Of a stretch of 16,315 bases of DNA, positions 8,743 to 16,315 are shown in pieces. Positions within the stretch are counted from its first letter, which is position 1; each line of letters starts with the position of its first letter. The notes under the pieces are model-generated. The model was not told where the DNA came from and did not search any database. It was given only the letters and a program-made list of their open reading frames with translations. The DNA comes from Meiothermus sp. (lineage in GTDB: Bacteria > Deinococcota > Deinococci > Deinococcales > Thermaceae): NCBI GenBank assembly GCA_033762915.1, contig JANRLD010000021.1, positions 1 through 16,315 on the forward strand, given 5' to 3'. A program made the translations under genes and the position numbers.

Positions 8743-9552
8743 TCAGCCGGTTTTCCCCCCGCCGTGCAGGTCATCGGTGTCCCGCGTCAGCCACTGGGCG
8801 ATCACGATGGGCACAAAGGTAATGAGCATCACGAAGACCGCCACCACGTTGGTGACCGGGCGCTCTCGAGGGCGGAAGAGTTCGTTGAGGAACCAGATAG
8901 GCAGGGTCTTCTGGTCGGCGGCGGTGAAGGTGGTGACGATCACCTCGTCGAAGGAGAGCGCGAAGGAGAGCATCGCGCCTGCCAGCAGCGCGGTGGCGAT
9001 GCTAGGAAGCACCACCATCCGCCAGGTGGAGAACCAGTCCGCCCCCAGGTCCATCGAGGCCTCGATCTGCGAGTAGCCGGTGCGCCGGAATCGCGCCACC
9101 ACGTTGTTGTAGACCGTCACGATACAGAAGGTGGCGTGCCCGATCACGATCGTCCAGAAGCCCGGCTGCACCGCCAGGCTATTGAAGGTGGTGAGGAGGG
9201 CGATGCCAGTCAGGATCCCCGGCAGCGCGATGGGGAGAATCAGCAGGGTGGTGAGGAAGTCCTTGCCCCGGAAGGCGAAGCGGTACATGGCCGCGGCCAC
9301 CATGGTGCCCAGCACCAGCGCGATGACGGTCGCCAGTGCGGCGACCTGCAGCGACAGCCACAAGGCCGCCCACATGTCCGAGCGGGCGAAAGCCTCGCCG
9401 AACCAGCGCAGGGTCAGGCCCGGCGGCGGGAACTGGTAGGTGCGGTCCTCGGTGGTGAAGGCGTAGAGCACGATCACCAGGATCGGCAGGTGCAAGAAGG
9501 CCATCCCGGCAAAGAAGGCGATGCGCAGGCCCAGGGAGGGTTTAGGAGGCAT
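8743..9552 (-). CDS. Polyamine-type ABC transporter permease (YdcV/PotC-like, 269 aa)
   Basis: Hydrophobic; EAA loop [16 protein letters not shown]; start MPPKPS at 9552 with GGAGGG RBS. Confidence 0.9.
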   Translation of the reverse strand: MPPKPSLGLRIAFFAGMAFLHLPILVIVLYAFTTEDRTYQFPPPGLTLRWFGEAFARSDMWAALWLSLQVAALATVIALVLGTMVAAAMYRFAFRGKDFLTTLLILPIALPGILTGIALLTTFNSLAVQPGFWTIVIGHATFCIVTVYNNVVARFRRTGYSQIEASMDLGADWFSTWRMVVLPSIATALLAGAMLSFALSFDEVIVTTFTAADQKTLPIWFLNELFRPRERPVTNVVAVFVMLITFVPIVIAQWLTRDTDDLHGGGKTG

Positions 9553-9608
9553 AATGCCCTCCGGGAGGGTGGGAGGGTCGCCTCTGAGCGCTTTCGAGCC
9601 GCCCGCCA

Positions 9609-10523
9609 CTAAAGCGCATTGAAGGCCCCCAGCCGCCGCGCCAAGAGCAGGTACAGCGCAATGATCACCACTGGCACCACCGAGAAGGCCGCGGCCAGCG
9701 GGAGGTTGCCGGCGGTGCCCTGCTGGGTGTAGACCATCTGGCCGATGAAGAAGCCCGGCTGCCCCACCACCTGGGGGATGATGTAGTCGCCCAGCGTGAG
9801 CGAGAAGGTGAAGATCGAGCCGGCTGCCACCCCCGGGATCGCCAGCGGCCAGACCACCTTCCAGAAGGTTTGGTTGGGTTTTGCGCCCAGGTCGGAGGAG
9901 GCCTGGATTAAAGACTTGGGAACGCGCTCGAGGGCCGCGATGATCGGCAGGATCATGTAGGGCAGCCAGATGTAGGTGAAGACCAGGAACATCCCCAGGT
10001 AGCTGTTCGACAGGCTGGGGCCGCCCACCACCGGCACGCTCAAAATCCCCTGGAGCAGCCAGCCCAGCCCCAGCAGGTTGAAGAACCAGCTGATCACGCC
10101 TTCGCCCGCCAGCATCAGCCGCCAGGCGTACACCTTGATCAGGTAGCTCGACCACAGCGGCAGCAGCACCATCAGATACCAGAACATCCTGAGGCTGCCC
10201 CTGGTGTGGAAGGCGATGTAGTAGGCGACGGGAAACCCGATCGCCGCGCAGGCCACCGTCACCACGGCGGCCATGACGGTTGTCCGCAGCACGATGTCGA
10301 CATTCGCGGGCGAGGTGAAGAGCTGCTGGAAGGCGCTGAGCGAGAAGCGGTACTCGACCTGGCCGGTGAAGTCGTTGAGCGAGTAGAAGCTGTAGAGCAT
10401 CAGGTTGAACAGCGAGCCCAGGTAGATGATGCCCAGCCACAGCAGCGGCGGAATCAAGAGCAGCATCAGCAGGAACAGCGGGCGCACGTAGAAGGCGTCG
10501 GATAGGCGTCGGCGTAGGGTCAT
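9609..10523 (-). CDS. Polyamine-type ABC transporter permease (YdcU/PotB-like)
   Basis: [35 protein letters not shown] overlap with the ATPase stop codon. Confidence 0.92.
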   Translation of the reverse strand: MTLRRRLSDAFYVRPLFLLMLLLIPPLLWLGIIYLGSLFNLMLYSFYSLNDFTGQVEYRFSLSAFQQLFTSPANVDIVLRTTVMAAVVTVACAAIGFPVAYYIAFHTRGSLRMFWYLMVLLPLWSSYLIKVYAWRLMLAGEGVISWFFNLLGLGWLLQGILSVPVVGGPSLSNSYLGMFLVFTYIWLPYMILPIIAALERVPKSLIQASSDLGAKPNQTFWKVVWPLAIPGVAAGSIFTFSLTLGDYIIPQVVGQPGFFIGQMVYTQQGTAGNLPLAAAFSVVPVVIIALYLLLARRLGAFNAL

Positions 10524-11581
10524 GAGCCCCCTCCGTGGCCCTTGCCGCCTCCGGCCCCGCCCTGCGGGGCGAGGGAGGGGGCCGGGGCAGGAGCGCCGGA
10601 GAGGGCCCGCAACGACCCCGCGTCCCAGCCCAGGGTCACCGCATCGCCGATCTGCAGCTCGGAGTCGTCCGAGCCGCTCACGGCGGTGAGGCGCTGGCCC
10701 TCGACCTCGACTTCATAGCGGGTCTGTGAGCCCAGATAGTGGATGTCGAGGAGTCTGCCGGGCAGCCGGTTGGCCCCGGCGCTGTGGCCGCTGGAGACCG
10801 CGACCTTCTCCGGCCTCAGTGCGTACAGCCCGGCGGGCTGGCCGATCAGGCGGCCCTCGAGCACGTTGGCGCTGCCCACGAACCGCGCCACGAACTCGGT
10901 CCTGGGGTACTCATACAGCCGCTTGGGGCTCTCGAGCTGCTCGATCTTTCCGTGGTTAAAAACGGCCACCCGGTCCGACATCGACAGGGCCTCGCCCTGG
11001 TCGTGGGTCACGTAGACGAAGGTGATGCCCAGGCTGCGCTGGAGGGCCTTCAGCTCGATCTGCATCTCCTCGCGCAGCTTAAGGTCCAGCGCCCCCAGCG
11101 GCTCGTCGAGCAGGAGCAGCCTGGGCCGGTTGATGAGCGCCCGGGCCAGCGCCACCCGCTGCCGCTGGCCGCCGGAGAGCTGCCCCGGGCGGCGCTCTCC
11201 CAGTCCGTCCAGCTTGACCAGCTCGAGCATCTCCTCGGCCCGCTTGTCGCGCTCGGCCTTCCCGACCTTCCGCACGGTGAGGGCGTAGGCCACGTTGTCG
11301 CGCACGTTCATGTGCGGGAAGAGCGCGTAGTCCTGGAAAACGGTGTTAACGTCCCGCGCATAGGGGGGCAGCCGGCTGGCGTCCTGCCCGAACAGCATGA
11401 TCCGCCCCGAGGTGGGGGCCTCGAACCCGCCGATCAGCCGCAGGCAGGTGGTCTTGCCCGAGCCCGAGGGCCCCAGCATGGAGAAGAACTCCCCTTGGGC
11501 GATCTCCAGATCCACCCCGTCCACCGCACGCACCGCGCCGAAGTGGCAGACGAGATTGTTGAGAGTGACAGCATAGGACAC
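10520..11581 (-). CDS. Polyamine-type ABC transporter ATP-binding protein (YdcT/PotA-like)
   Basis: Walker [14 protein letters not shown] signature, Walker B LLLDEP, VTHD, and a TOBE-like C-terminus. Confidence 0.95.
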   Translation of the reverse strand: MSYAVTLNNLVCHFGAVRAVDGVDLEIAQGEFFSMLGPSGSGKTTCLRLIGGFEAPTSGRIMLFGQDASRLPPYARDVNTVFQDYALFPHMNVRDNVAYALTVRKVGKAERDKRAEEMLELVKLDGLGERRPGQLSGGQRQRVALARALINRPRLLLLDEPLGALDLKLREEMQIELKALQRSLGITFVYVTHDQGEALSMSDRVAVFNHGKIEQLESPKRLYEYPRTEFVARFVGSANVLEGRLIGQPAGLYALRPEKVAVSSGHSAGANRLPGRLLDIHYLGSQTRYEVEVEGQRLTAVSGSDDSELQIGDAVTLGWDAGSLRALSGAPAPAPSLAPQGGAGGGKGHGGGS

Positions 11582-11610
11582 GGGTTCGCCTCGCAGGGTG
11601 CGGTCTTAGA

Positions 11611-11672
11611 GAGGAAAGGGGAAAGAGAAAAGAGCAGCCTTATTGCGCGTAGTTTCTCCTTCCCCCCTCCTC
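11611..11672 (-). other. Intercistronic 20-bp RNA hairpin after the substrate-binding gene
   Basis: Arms 11611-11630 and 11653-11672; all three mismatches are G-U pairs on the minus (transcribed) strand. Confidence 0.7.
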
Positions 11673-11680
11673 GCCTGGCC

Positions 11681-12850
11681 CTACCTGCCGCCCTGTATGG
11701 CTATGTAGTCGCTCACCCAGCGGCTGTACGGCACGCACTGGTTATTCTGAGTCTTGCACTGGGCGGTGGGGGTGCGCCAGAACCAAATCTTGTCGAAGTC
11801 GTTGAAGCCCTGGTTCTTGCAGCCGTCGGCAGCCAGCAGCGAGCCGGGGGTGTTGCAGGCGGCGGGCACCACCGGGTTGGAGCCGAACCAGCCAGCGATG
11901 TCGGCCTGCACCTTGTTGGTGAGCTGCCAGTTGAGCCACCGGTACGCACAGTTGGGGTTCTTAGAGTTCGCGGCCAGCATGGTGGTGTCGGCCCAGCCGG
12001 TCGCGCCTTCCTTGGGTACCACCCAGCCCACCGGGCGCTTGTTGCCCTGGAGGGTGTTGACCTGGAAGATCCAGGTGGTGCTGGCCACGGTGCCCTCGTT
12101 GGTGAAGTCCTGCACCTGGGCGTTGGCGTCGTTCCAGTAGCGCTGTACCAGGCCGCGCTGCTGGCGCAGCAGCTTCAGCACTTCCTGGTACTGGGCCTCG
12201 GTGAGTTCGTAGGGGTCCTTGATGCCCAGGGCGGGCTGGGTGCGCATCAGGTACAAGGCGGCGTCGGCCACGTAGATGGGGCCGTAGTAGGCCTGGACGC
12301 GGCCCTTGTTGCTCTTGCCGTCGGGTAGGGTGGTCTCCTCGAAGACCACCTTCCAGCTATCGGGGGCGGTCTTAAAGACGTTGGTGTTGTAGGCCAGCAC
12401 GTTCACGCCGAACTGGTAGGGCACCCCGTAGCGCACCCCGTTCACGATGTACCAGGGCGAGTTGAGCAGGCGGCGGTCGAGATTGCGGGTGTTGGGGATC
12501 AGCCCCCAGTTGATCGGGGCCACCACGTTGCCGGCGATCAGGCGCTGGGTGGCATCGCCGGAGGCGGTCACCAGGTCGTAGCCGCCGCCGTTCATCAGCC
12601 GCACGGCCTCGTCGGAGGAGCTGAAGGTCTTGATGTTTACCTTGCAGCCGGTCTGCTGGGTAAAGCCGCTCACCCAGTCGGCGCTCTTGTCGGTCGAGCC
12701 GTTCTCCACGTAGCCGGGCCAGGCCAGGATGTTAAGCTGCCCCTCGCCCGCCCCGATGGAGGTCTTCTGGCGGCTGGCCGGGAGCTGGGCCAGCGAGAGC
12801 CCTGCCAGGGTCGCCATGCCGATCACTGCTAAAAACCATCTCTTTTTCAT
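11681..12850 (-). CDS. Polyamine-type ABC transporter substrate-binding protein (YdcS/PotD-like, 389 aa)
   Basis: Signal peptide MKKRWFLAV; GEGQLNILAWPGYVE, YDLVTASGDA, PKEGATGWADT and CVPYSRWV resemble YdcS; GGAGGAGG RBS before the ATG at 12850. Confidence 0.92.
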   Translation of the reverse strand: MKKRWFLAVIGMATLAGLSLAQLPASRQKTSIGAGEGQLNILAWPGYVENGSTDKSADWVSGFTQQTGCKVNIKTFSSSDEAVRLMNGGGYDLVTASGDATQRLIAGNVVAPINWGLIPNTRNLDRRLLNSPWYIVNGVRYGVPYQFGVNVLAYNTNVFKTAPDSWKVVFEETTLPDGKSNKGRVQAYYGPIYVADAALYLMRTQPALGIKDPYELTEAQYQEVLKLLRQQRGLVQRYWNDANAQVQDFTNEGTVASTTWIFQVNTLQGNKRPVGWVVPKEGATGWADTTMLAANSKNPNCAYRWLNWQLTNKVQADIAGWFGSNPVVPAACNTPGSLLAADGCKNQGFNDFDKIWFWRTPTAQCKTQNNQCVPYSRWVSDYIAIQGGR

Positions 12851-13059
12851 GCCTTCCTCCTCCACAGCAAGGGCCGCCTGCCTCTCGAGCGGCCCCAAAA
12901 ACAACAACTCGCCCCTGGTCGAAGCAGAGCGCGGCGCGGGCAGTTTGTTGTACTGAGGAAGAGCATACGCAGTCGGCCCTTGCACCTACAAGCCAGTTGC
13001 GTGTATGTGAGGCATCGGTAAAAGCGATAGTTGTTGGCGGTGCTACAGATGCGGCGTCC

Positions 13060-13356
13060 TCACCCGTCCTCGCCGGGCTCGGAATCCAGGTGGTCGAGAA
13101 ACTTCTGCAGGTAGGAAGCCTCTTTGGGGGGGAGTTGCTCCTTGAGGCGGGCCACCTGCTCGCCCCAGTTGGCGCCGTCGGGGGTGTCGCTGACCTGCTG
13201 GCGCAGCGCCGCGATGGTGTTCTGGGTGTGCTGCAAGCGCTCTGCCACCGCCCTCGAGACCCCCGCCGCAGCCCCCTTGCGGTGGGCCACCAGCCGCTCG
13301 AGGCTGAGCAATAAGGCCAGTAATTCCTTTCCCCGCACTTCGCCCACCCGACTCAT
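13060..13356 (-). CDS. Hypothetical helical protein (98 aa)
   Basis: GC3-rich codon usage; TACTGT (13364-13369, minus) lies 7 nt before the ATG; fills an otherwise empty gap. No family recognised. Confidence 0.65.
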   Translation of the reverse strand: MSRVGEVRGKELLALLLSLERLVAHRKGAAAGVSRAVAERLQHTQNTIAALRQQVSDTPDGANWGEQVARLKEQLPPKEASYLQKFLDHLDSEPGEDG

Positions 13357-13447
13357 GCCCACTACAGTATGCCCTCAACCCCCATTGCGGGGTGAAAAAA
13401 GACCATGTCTTTGAGATTTAGCCTTGCAGGGCGGGGTTTTTACAGGC

Positions 13448-13474
13448 AAAAGCCCCTCGAGACACTCGAGGGGC
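13448..13474 (-). terminator. Intrinsic terminator of pspA
   Basis: GCCCCTCGAG-aca-CTCGAGGGGC perfect 10-bp stem, followed by UUUU on the minus strand. Confidence 0.8.
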
Positions 13475-13493
13475 CTGCGGTTATTGCTACCGA

Positions 13494-14159
13494 CTAAGAG
13501 CCTATGCCCATCTCCCGCTTGAGCCGGGCCAGGTCGTCTTCGACGCCCTTGTCGGTGGAGAGGCTGTCGAGCTCTTTGTCGATGTCGTTCTTGTCCATGT
13601 CGGAGAGCGCGGCGTGCTTGTCCTCCATGGCCTCGATGCGGTCTTCCATGTCGCTGAAGGCCTCCACCGCGCTGTGGGCATCCACCTTGCTCTCGAAGCG
13701 GCGCACCGTCTCGGCGGCCTCCACGCCCTTCTTGCGGGCGATCAGCAGGGCCTTCTTGGCCTCGGACTCCTGGATCTTGGACTCCAGCGCCTTGAGCTGG
13801 GTGGTCAGGTTGTCCACCATCTGCTGCTGCTGGCCGACCTGCTGGGCAAAGCCGTCCCCCAGGTTCTGGGCCTGCGCCTTGCGCTTGAGCGCCTCGCGGG
13901 CGAGGTCTTCGCGGCCCTGGCGCAACGCCTCGCCGGCCTTGTTCTCCCAGCCCGACACCTGCTCGGCGTAGCTCTGCTGGTCGCGCTGGAGCTTCTTCAG
14001 CTCGGCCATCGCCTCGGCCACCTCCATGCGGGCGTCGCGGAGGGTGGCGCGCATGTCCTCGAGGGCCTGCTCGATGATCTTTTCGGGGTCCTCGGCCTTC
14101 TTGATGAGGTCGTTGATGTTGGCGCGGATGAGGCGGGAAAGGCGGTCAATGATGCCCAT
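13494..14159 (-). CDS. pspA: PspA/IM30 (Vipp1) family protein
   Basis: MGIIDRLSRLIRANIN..I.KAEDPEKIIEQ...DM and GREDLAREAL motifs; coiled coil; AAAGGAG RBS. Confidence 0.95.
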   Translation of the reverse strand: MGIIDRLSRLIRANINDLIKKAEDPEKIIEQALEDMRATLRDARMEVAEAMAELKKLQRDQQSYAEQVSGWENKAGEALRQGREDLAREALKRKAQAQNLGDGFAQQVGQQQQMVDNLTTQLKALESKIQESEAKKALLIARKKGVEAAETVRRFESKVDAHSAVEAFSDMEDRIEAMEDKHAALSDMDKNDIDKELDSLSTDKGVEDDLARLKREMGIGS

Positions 14160-14307
14160 TCAGGTCTCCTTTGTTCGGCACTTAAGTCTAGCGCATCTCG
14201 GCGGGGGCGCCGTTCACGTGGCCCCCAATCTCGACTGGCTATCCCAGCTCGGCTATTGGGCAGCCGAGTCACCCTTAGCGCCGGCCGTATTGCCGTTGCG
14301 AGAAAAT

Positions 14308-14336
14308 ATGATAGCAAAAGGCGCAGATTTTGTAAA
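14308..14336 (-). promoter_or_regulatory. Sigma70-type promoter for pspA
   Basis: Minus strand TTTACA (14331-14336), 17-nt spacer, TATCAT (14308-14313) with an extended TGn motif. Confidence 0.7.
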
Positions 14337-14431
14337 TTTGACGACTAAGAAGGGGCCGCACGGCCCTTCCTCGTGGCCGATTCCTGGGTGCTATATTCCC
14401 CGCCCCGCGCCTCCCGCCGTATGCTCTACCC

Positions 14432-15442
14432 ATGACCGCCGCACTCTCGCCCGCCGACGTGAAGGCGCACATCCAGAGGCAGATGCTCGAGTCGCTGCCC
14501 GACCCGCAACAGGCCACGCGCCCCGAGCTGGCCGAGTACGCCCGGATGCTGCGCGACTACCCTGAGCGCGGTGGCAAGATGCTGCGCGGAATGCTGCTGG
14601 TCTACACCGGGCTGGCCTACGGGGGCACCTTCGAGGGCCTCCTGCCGGTGGCGGCGGCCCTCGAGCTGTTCCAAAACTGGGCCCTGGTCCACGACGACAT
14701 CGAAGATGCCTCCGACGAGCGGCGCGGCAGACCCGCCCTGCACAAGCTCTACGGGATGCCCCTGGCCCTCAACGCCGGCGACGCGCTGCACGCCCGGCAG
14801 TGGGCCATGCTAATCGAGGCCAGGGTGCCGCACAGCGTACTCTCGGAGTTTGTGAAGCTGGTCGAACTCACCGCGCAGGGCCAGCACCTCGAGATGACCT
14901 GGATGGAGCGCCACCGCTTCGACTTGAGGGAGTTGGACTATTTCGAGATGGTCGGGCAAAAGGCGGCCTACTACACCGCCGTGGCCCCGCTGAGGTTGGG
15001 CGCGCTGGCGGCCGGGGTCGAGCCGCCGGCTGTATTTGAAGAGGCCGGGATGAAGCTGGGTGTCGGGTTCCAGATCGTCGACGATGTGCTCAACCTCAAC
15101 GGCGACCCTGCAAAGTACGGCAAGGAAATCGGGGGCGATCTGTGGGAGGGTAAGCGCACCCTGATTCTGCTGCGCTTTTTGGCCCAGGCCGGTGCGGACG
15201 AGCGGGCCAGGGCCGAGGCCCTGCTGTGCATCCCCCGCGAGCAAAAGCCAGCCGAGGAGGTGAACTGGCTGCACCGGCGTTTGCTCGAGACAGGTGCGGT
15301 GGACTACGCCCAAAAGACCGCCGAGGGCATGCTCGAGGAAGGCTTAGCAATGCTCGAGCCGGCGCTGCACCAAGCGCCCAAAATGGAGGTTGCTAAGGTG
15401 GTGCTCGAGACCCTGCGAACCTTGGTCAAGCGCGAGGCCTAA
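14432..15442 (+). CDS. Polyprenyl synthetase, probable geranylgeranyl diphosphate synthase
   Basis: RGGKMLR; FARM VHDDIED..DERRG with Trp five residues before it (short-chain type); [27 protein letters not shown]. Leaderless after TATGCT (14420-14425). Confidence 0.92.
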   Translation: MTAALSPADVKAHIQRQMLESLPDPQQATRPELAEYARMLRDYPERGGKMLRGMLLVYTGLAYGGTFEGLLPVAAALELFQNWALVHDDIEDASDERRGRPALHKLYGMPLALNAGDALHARQWAMLIEARVPHSVLSEFVKLVELTAQGQHLEMTWMERHRFDLRELDYFEMVGQKAAYYTAVAPLRLGALAAGVEPPAVFEEAGMKLGVGFQIVDDVLNLNGDPAKYGKEIGGDLWEGKRTLILLRFLAQAGADERARAEALLCIPREQKPAEEVNWLHRRLLETGAVDYAQKTAEGMLEEGLAMLEPALHQAPKMEVAKVVLETLRTLVKREA

Positions 15443-15491
15443 AGTAACTCAACTCAATTTCACAGGCGCTATAAAAAGTATACTGCCCCCT

Positions 15492-16315
15492 ATGGAACCC
15501 AAGCCTTTCGAGATCGGGCTGTACTCGTTCGTCGAGAACACCCCCGACCCCTTCACGGGCCAGACCCAGGACCCCGTACAGCGGCTGCGGGACTTGCTCG
15601 AGACCGCCGAACTGGCCGACCAAGCAGGGCTGGACGTGTTTGCGCTGGGCGAGCACCACCGCCAGGAGTTTATCGCCAGCGCCCCCGCCGTGATCCTGGC
15701 CGCGATGGCCGAGCGCACCCGGCGCATCCGCCTGAGCAGCGCGGTGACGGTGCTAAGTTCCGACGACCCGGTGCGGGTCTTTCAGCAGTTTGCCACCCTG
15801 GACTTGCTGTCGAAGGGCCGCGCCGAGATTATGGCCGGGCGCGGCTCGTTCATCGAGAGCTTCCCGCTGTTCGGCTACGACCTCGACGACTACAGCGAGC
15901 TGTTCGAAGAGAAACTCGAGCTGCTGCTGCACCTGCGCGACCACCCGCGCGTGACCTGGAGCGGCAAGTACCGCGCCGCCCTCTCCGACCAGCCCATCTA
16001 CCCCCGCCCGGTGCAAGACCCCCTGCCGGTGTGGGTGGCGGTGGGCGGCACGCCGGAGTCGGTGGTGCGGGCCGCGAACCTTGGCCTGCCGATGGCCCTG
16101 GCGATTATCGGCGGGATGCCCGAGCGCTTCGCGCCCTTCCTCGAGCTCTACCGCCAGACCGCCCGCCGCCTGGGCAAACCCGCCCAACCCCTAAGCATCA
16201 ATTCGCACGGCTTTATCGCCGACGACCCCCGGGAAGCCCTAGACCTTTCGTATGCCTCGAGCAGCGTGTTGATGAACCGCATCGGGCGCGAGCGCGGCTG
16301 GCCGCCCCAGAGCCG
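15492..16315 (+). CDS. LLM-class (luciferase-like) flavin-dependent oxidoreductase, runs off the window end
   Basis: Hand translation [15 protein letters not shown]...[17 protein letters not shown]...[57 protein letters not shown] lies 7 nt upstream. Absent from the ORF track because there is no stop codon in the window. Confidence 0.92.
   Translation, partial: MEPKPFEIGLYSFVENTPDPFTGQTQDPVQRLRDLLETAELADQAGLDVFALGEHHRQEFIASAPAVILAAMAERTRRIRLSSAVTVLSSDDPVRVFQQFATLDLLSKGRAEIMAGRGSFIESFPLFGYDLDDYSELFEEKLELLLHLRDHPRVTWSGKYRAALSDQPIYPRPVQDPLPVWVAVGGTPESVVRAANLGLPMALAIIGGMPERFAPFLELYRQTARRLGKPAQPLSINSHGFIADDPREALDLSYASSSVLMNRIGRERGWPPQS

Larger units (their letters stand above)
274..16261. repeat. 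Highly iterated dispersed palindrome CTCGAG (about 60 copies)
   Basis: Manual count of 60 copies from 274 to 16256, versus about 5-6 expected from base composition at ~68% GC. Confidence 0.85.

Noticed and set aside
9553..10440. 565-aa fused permease ORF (8743..10440)
   Set aside because: The upstream part is an off-frame reading of the first permease; the true start at 9552 has its own RBS.
10739..12328. 529-aa plus-strand ORF and other long antisense ORFs (e.g. 8764..9612, 13614..14348, 7323..8039)
   Set aside because: These are shadow ORFs opposite well-supported genes, expected with strong GC3 bias, and have no recognisable motifs.
12851..12985. 45-aa N-terminal extension of the substrate-binding protein
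   Set aside because: The signal peptide and a strong RBS place the start at 12850.
15079..15093. SARM reading DDVLN instead of DDxxD as a sign of an inactive prenyltransferase
   Set aside because: As I recall, the same DDVLN variant occurs in Thermus GGPP synthase, and the other motifs are intact.
1..16315. CRISPR array, IS/transposase, prophage, tRNA/rRNA or defence system
   Set aside because: No regularly spaced repeats, terminal inverted repeats with a transposase, or recognisable RNA gene or defence motifs; CTCGAG spacing is irregular.

Overview
High-GC (~68% by eye) bacterial chromosomal segment, most consistent with Deinococcota/Thermaceae (Meiothermus-like), judged from the Thermus-type GGPP synthase, a DUF4384 surface protein and many leaderless genes. 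Gene order: HEAT-repeat protein, DUF4384 secreted protein, AAC(6')-I-like GNAT, two tandem KGG stress proteins (one is 53 aa and missing from the ORF track), a divergent amidase / DAO-family oxidoreductase pair sharing a palindromic operator, a META protein, a ydcSTUV-patD-like polyamine ABC transporter plus aminobutyraldehyde dehydrogenase operon, a small hypothetical, pspA, GGPP synthase and a truncated luciferase-like monooxygenase. No mobile element, CRISPR array, tRNA or rRNA was seen. The most striking non-gene signals are about 60 copies of the palindrome CTCGAG (roughly 10x the expected number, in all reading frames and in terminator stems; HIP1-like), and alternative-pairing leader structures upstream of the polyamine transporter, the KGG genes and pspA.
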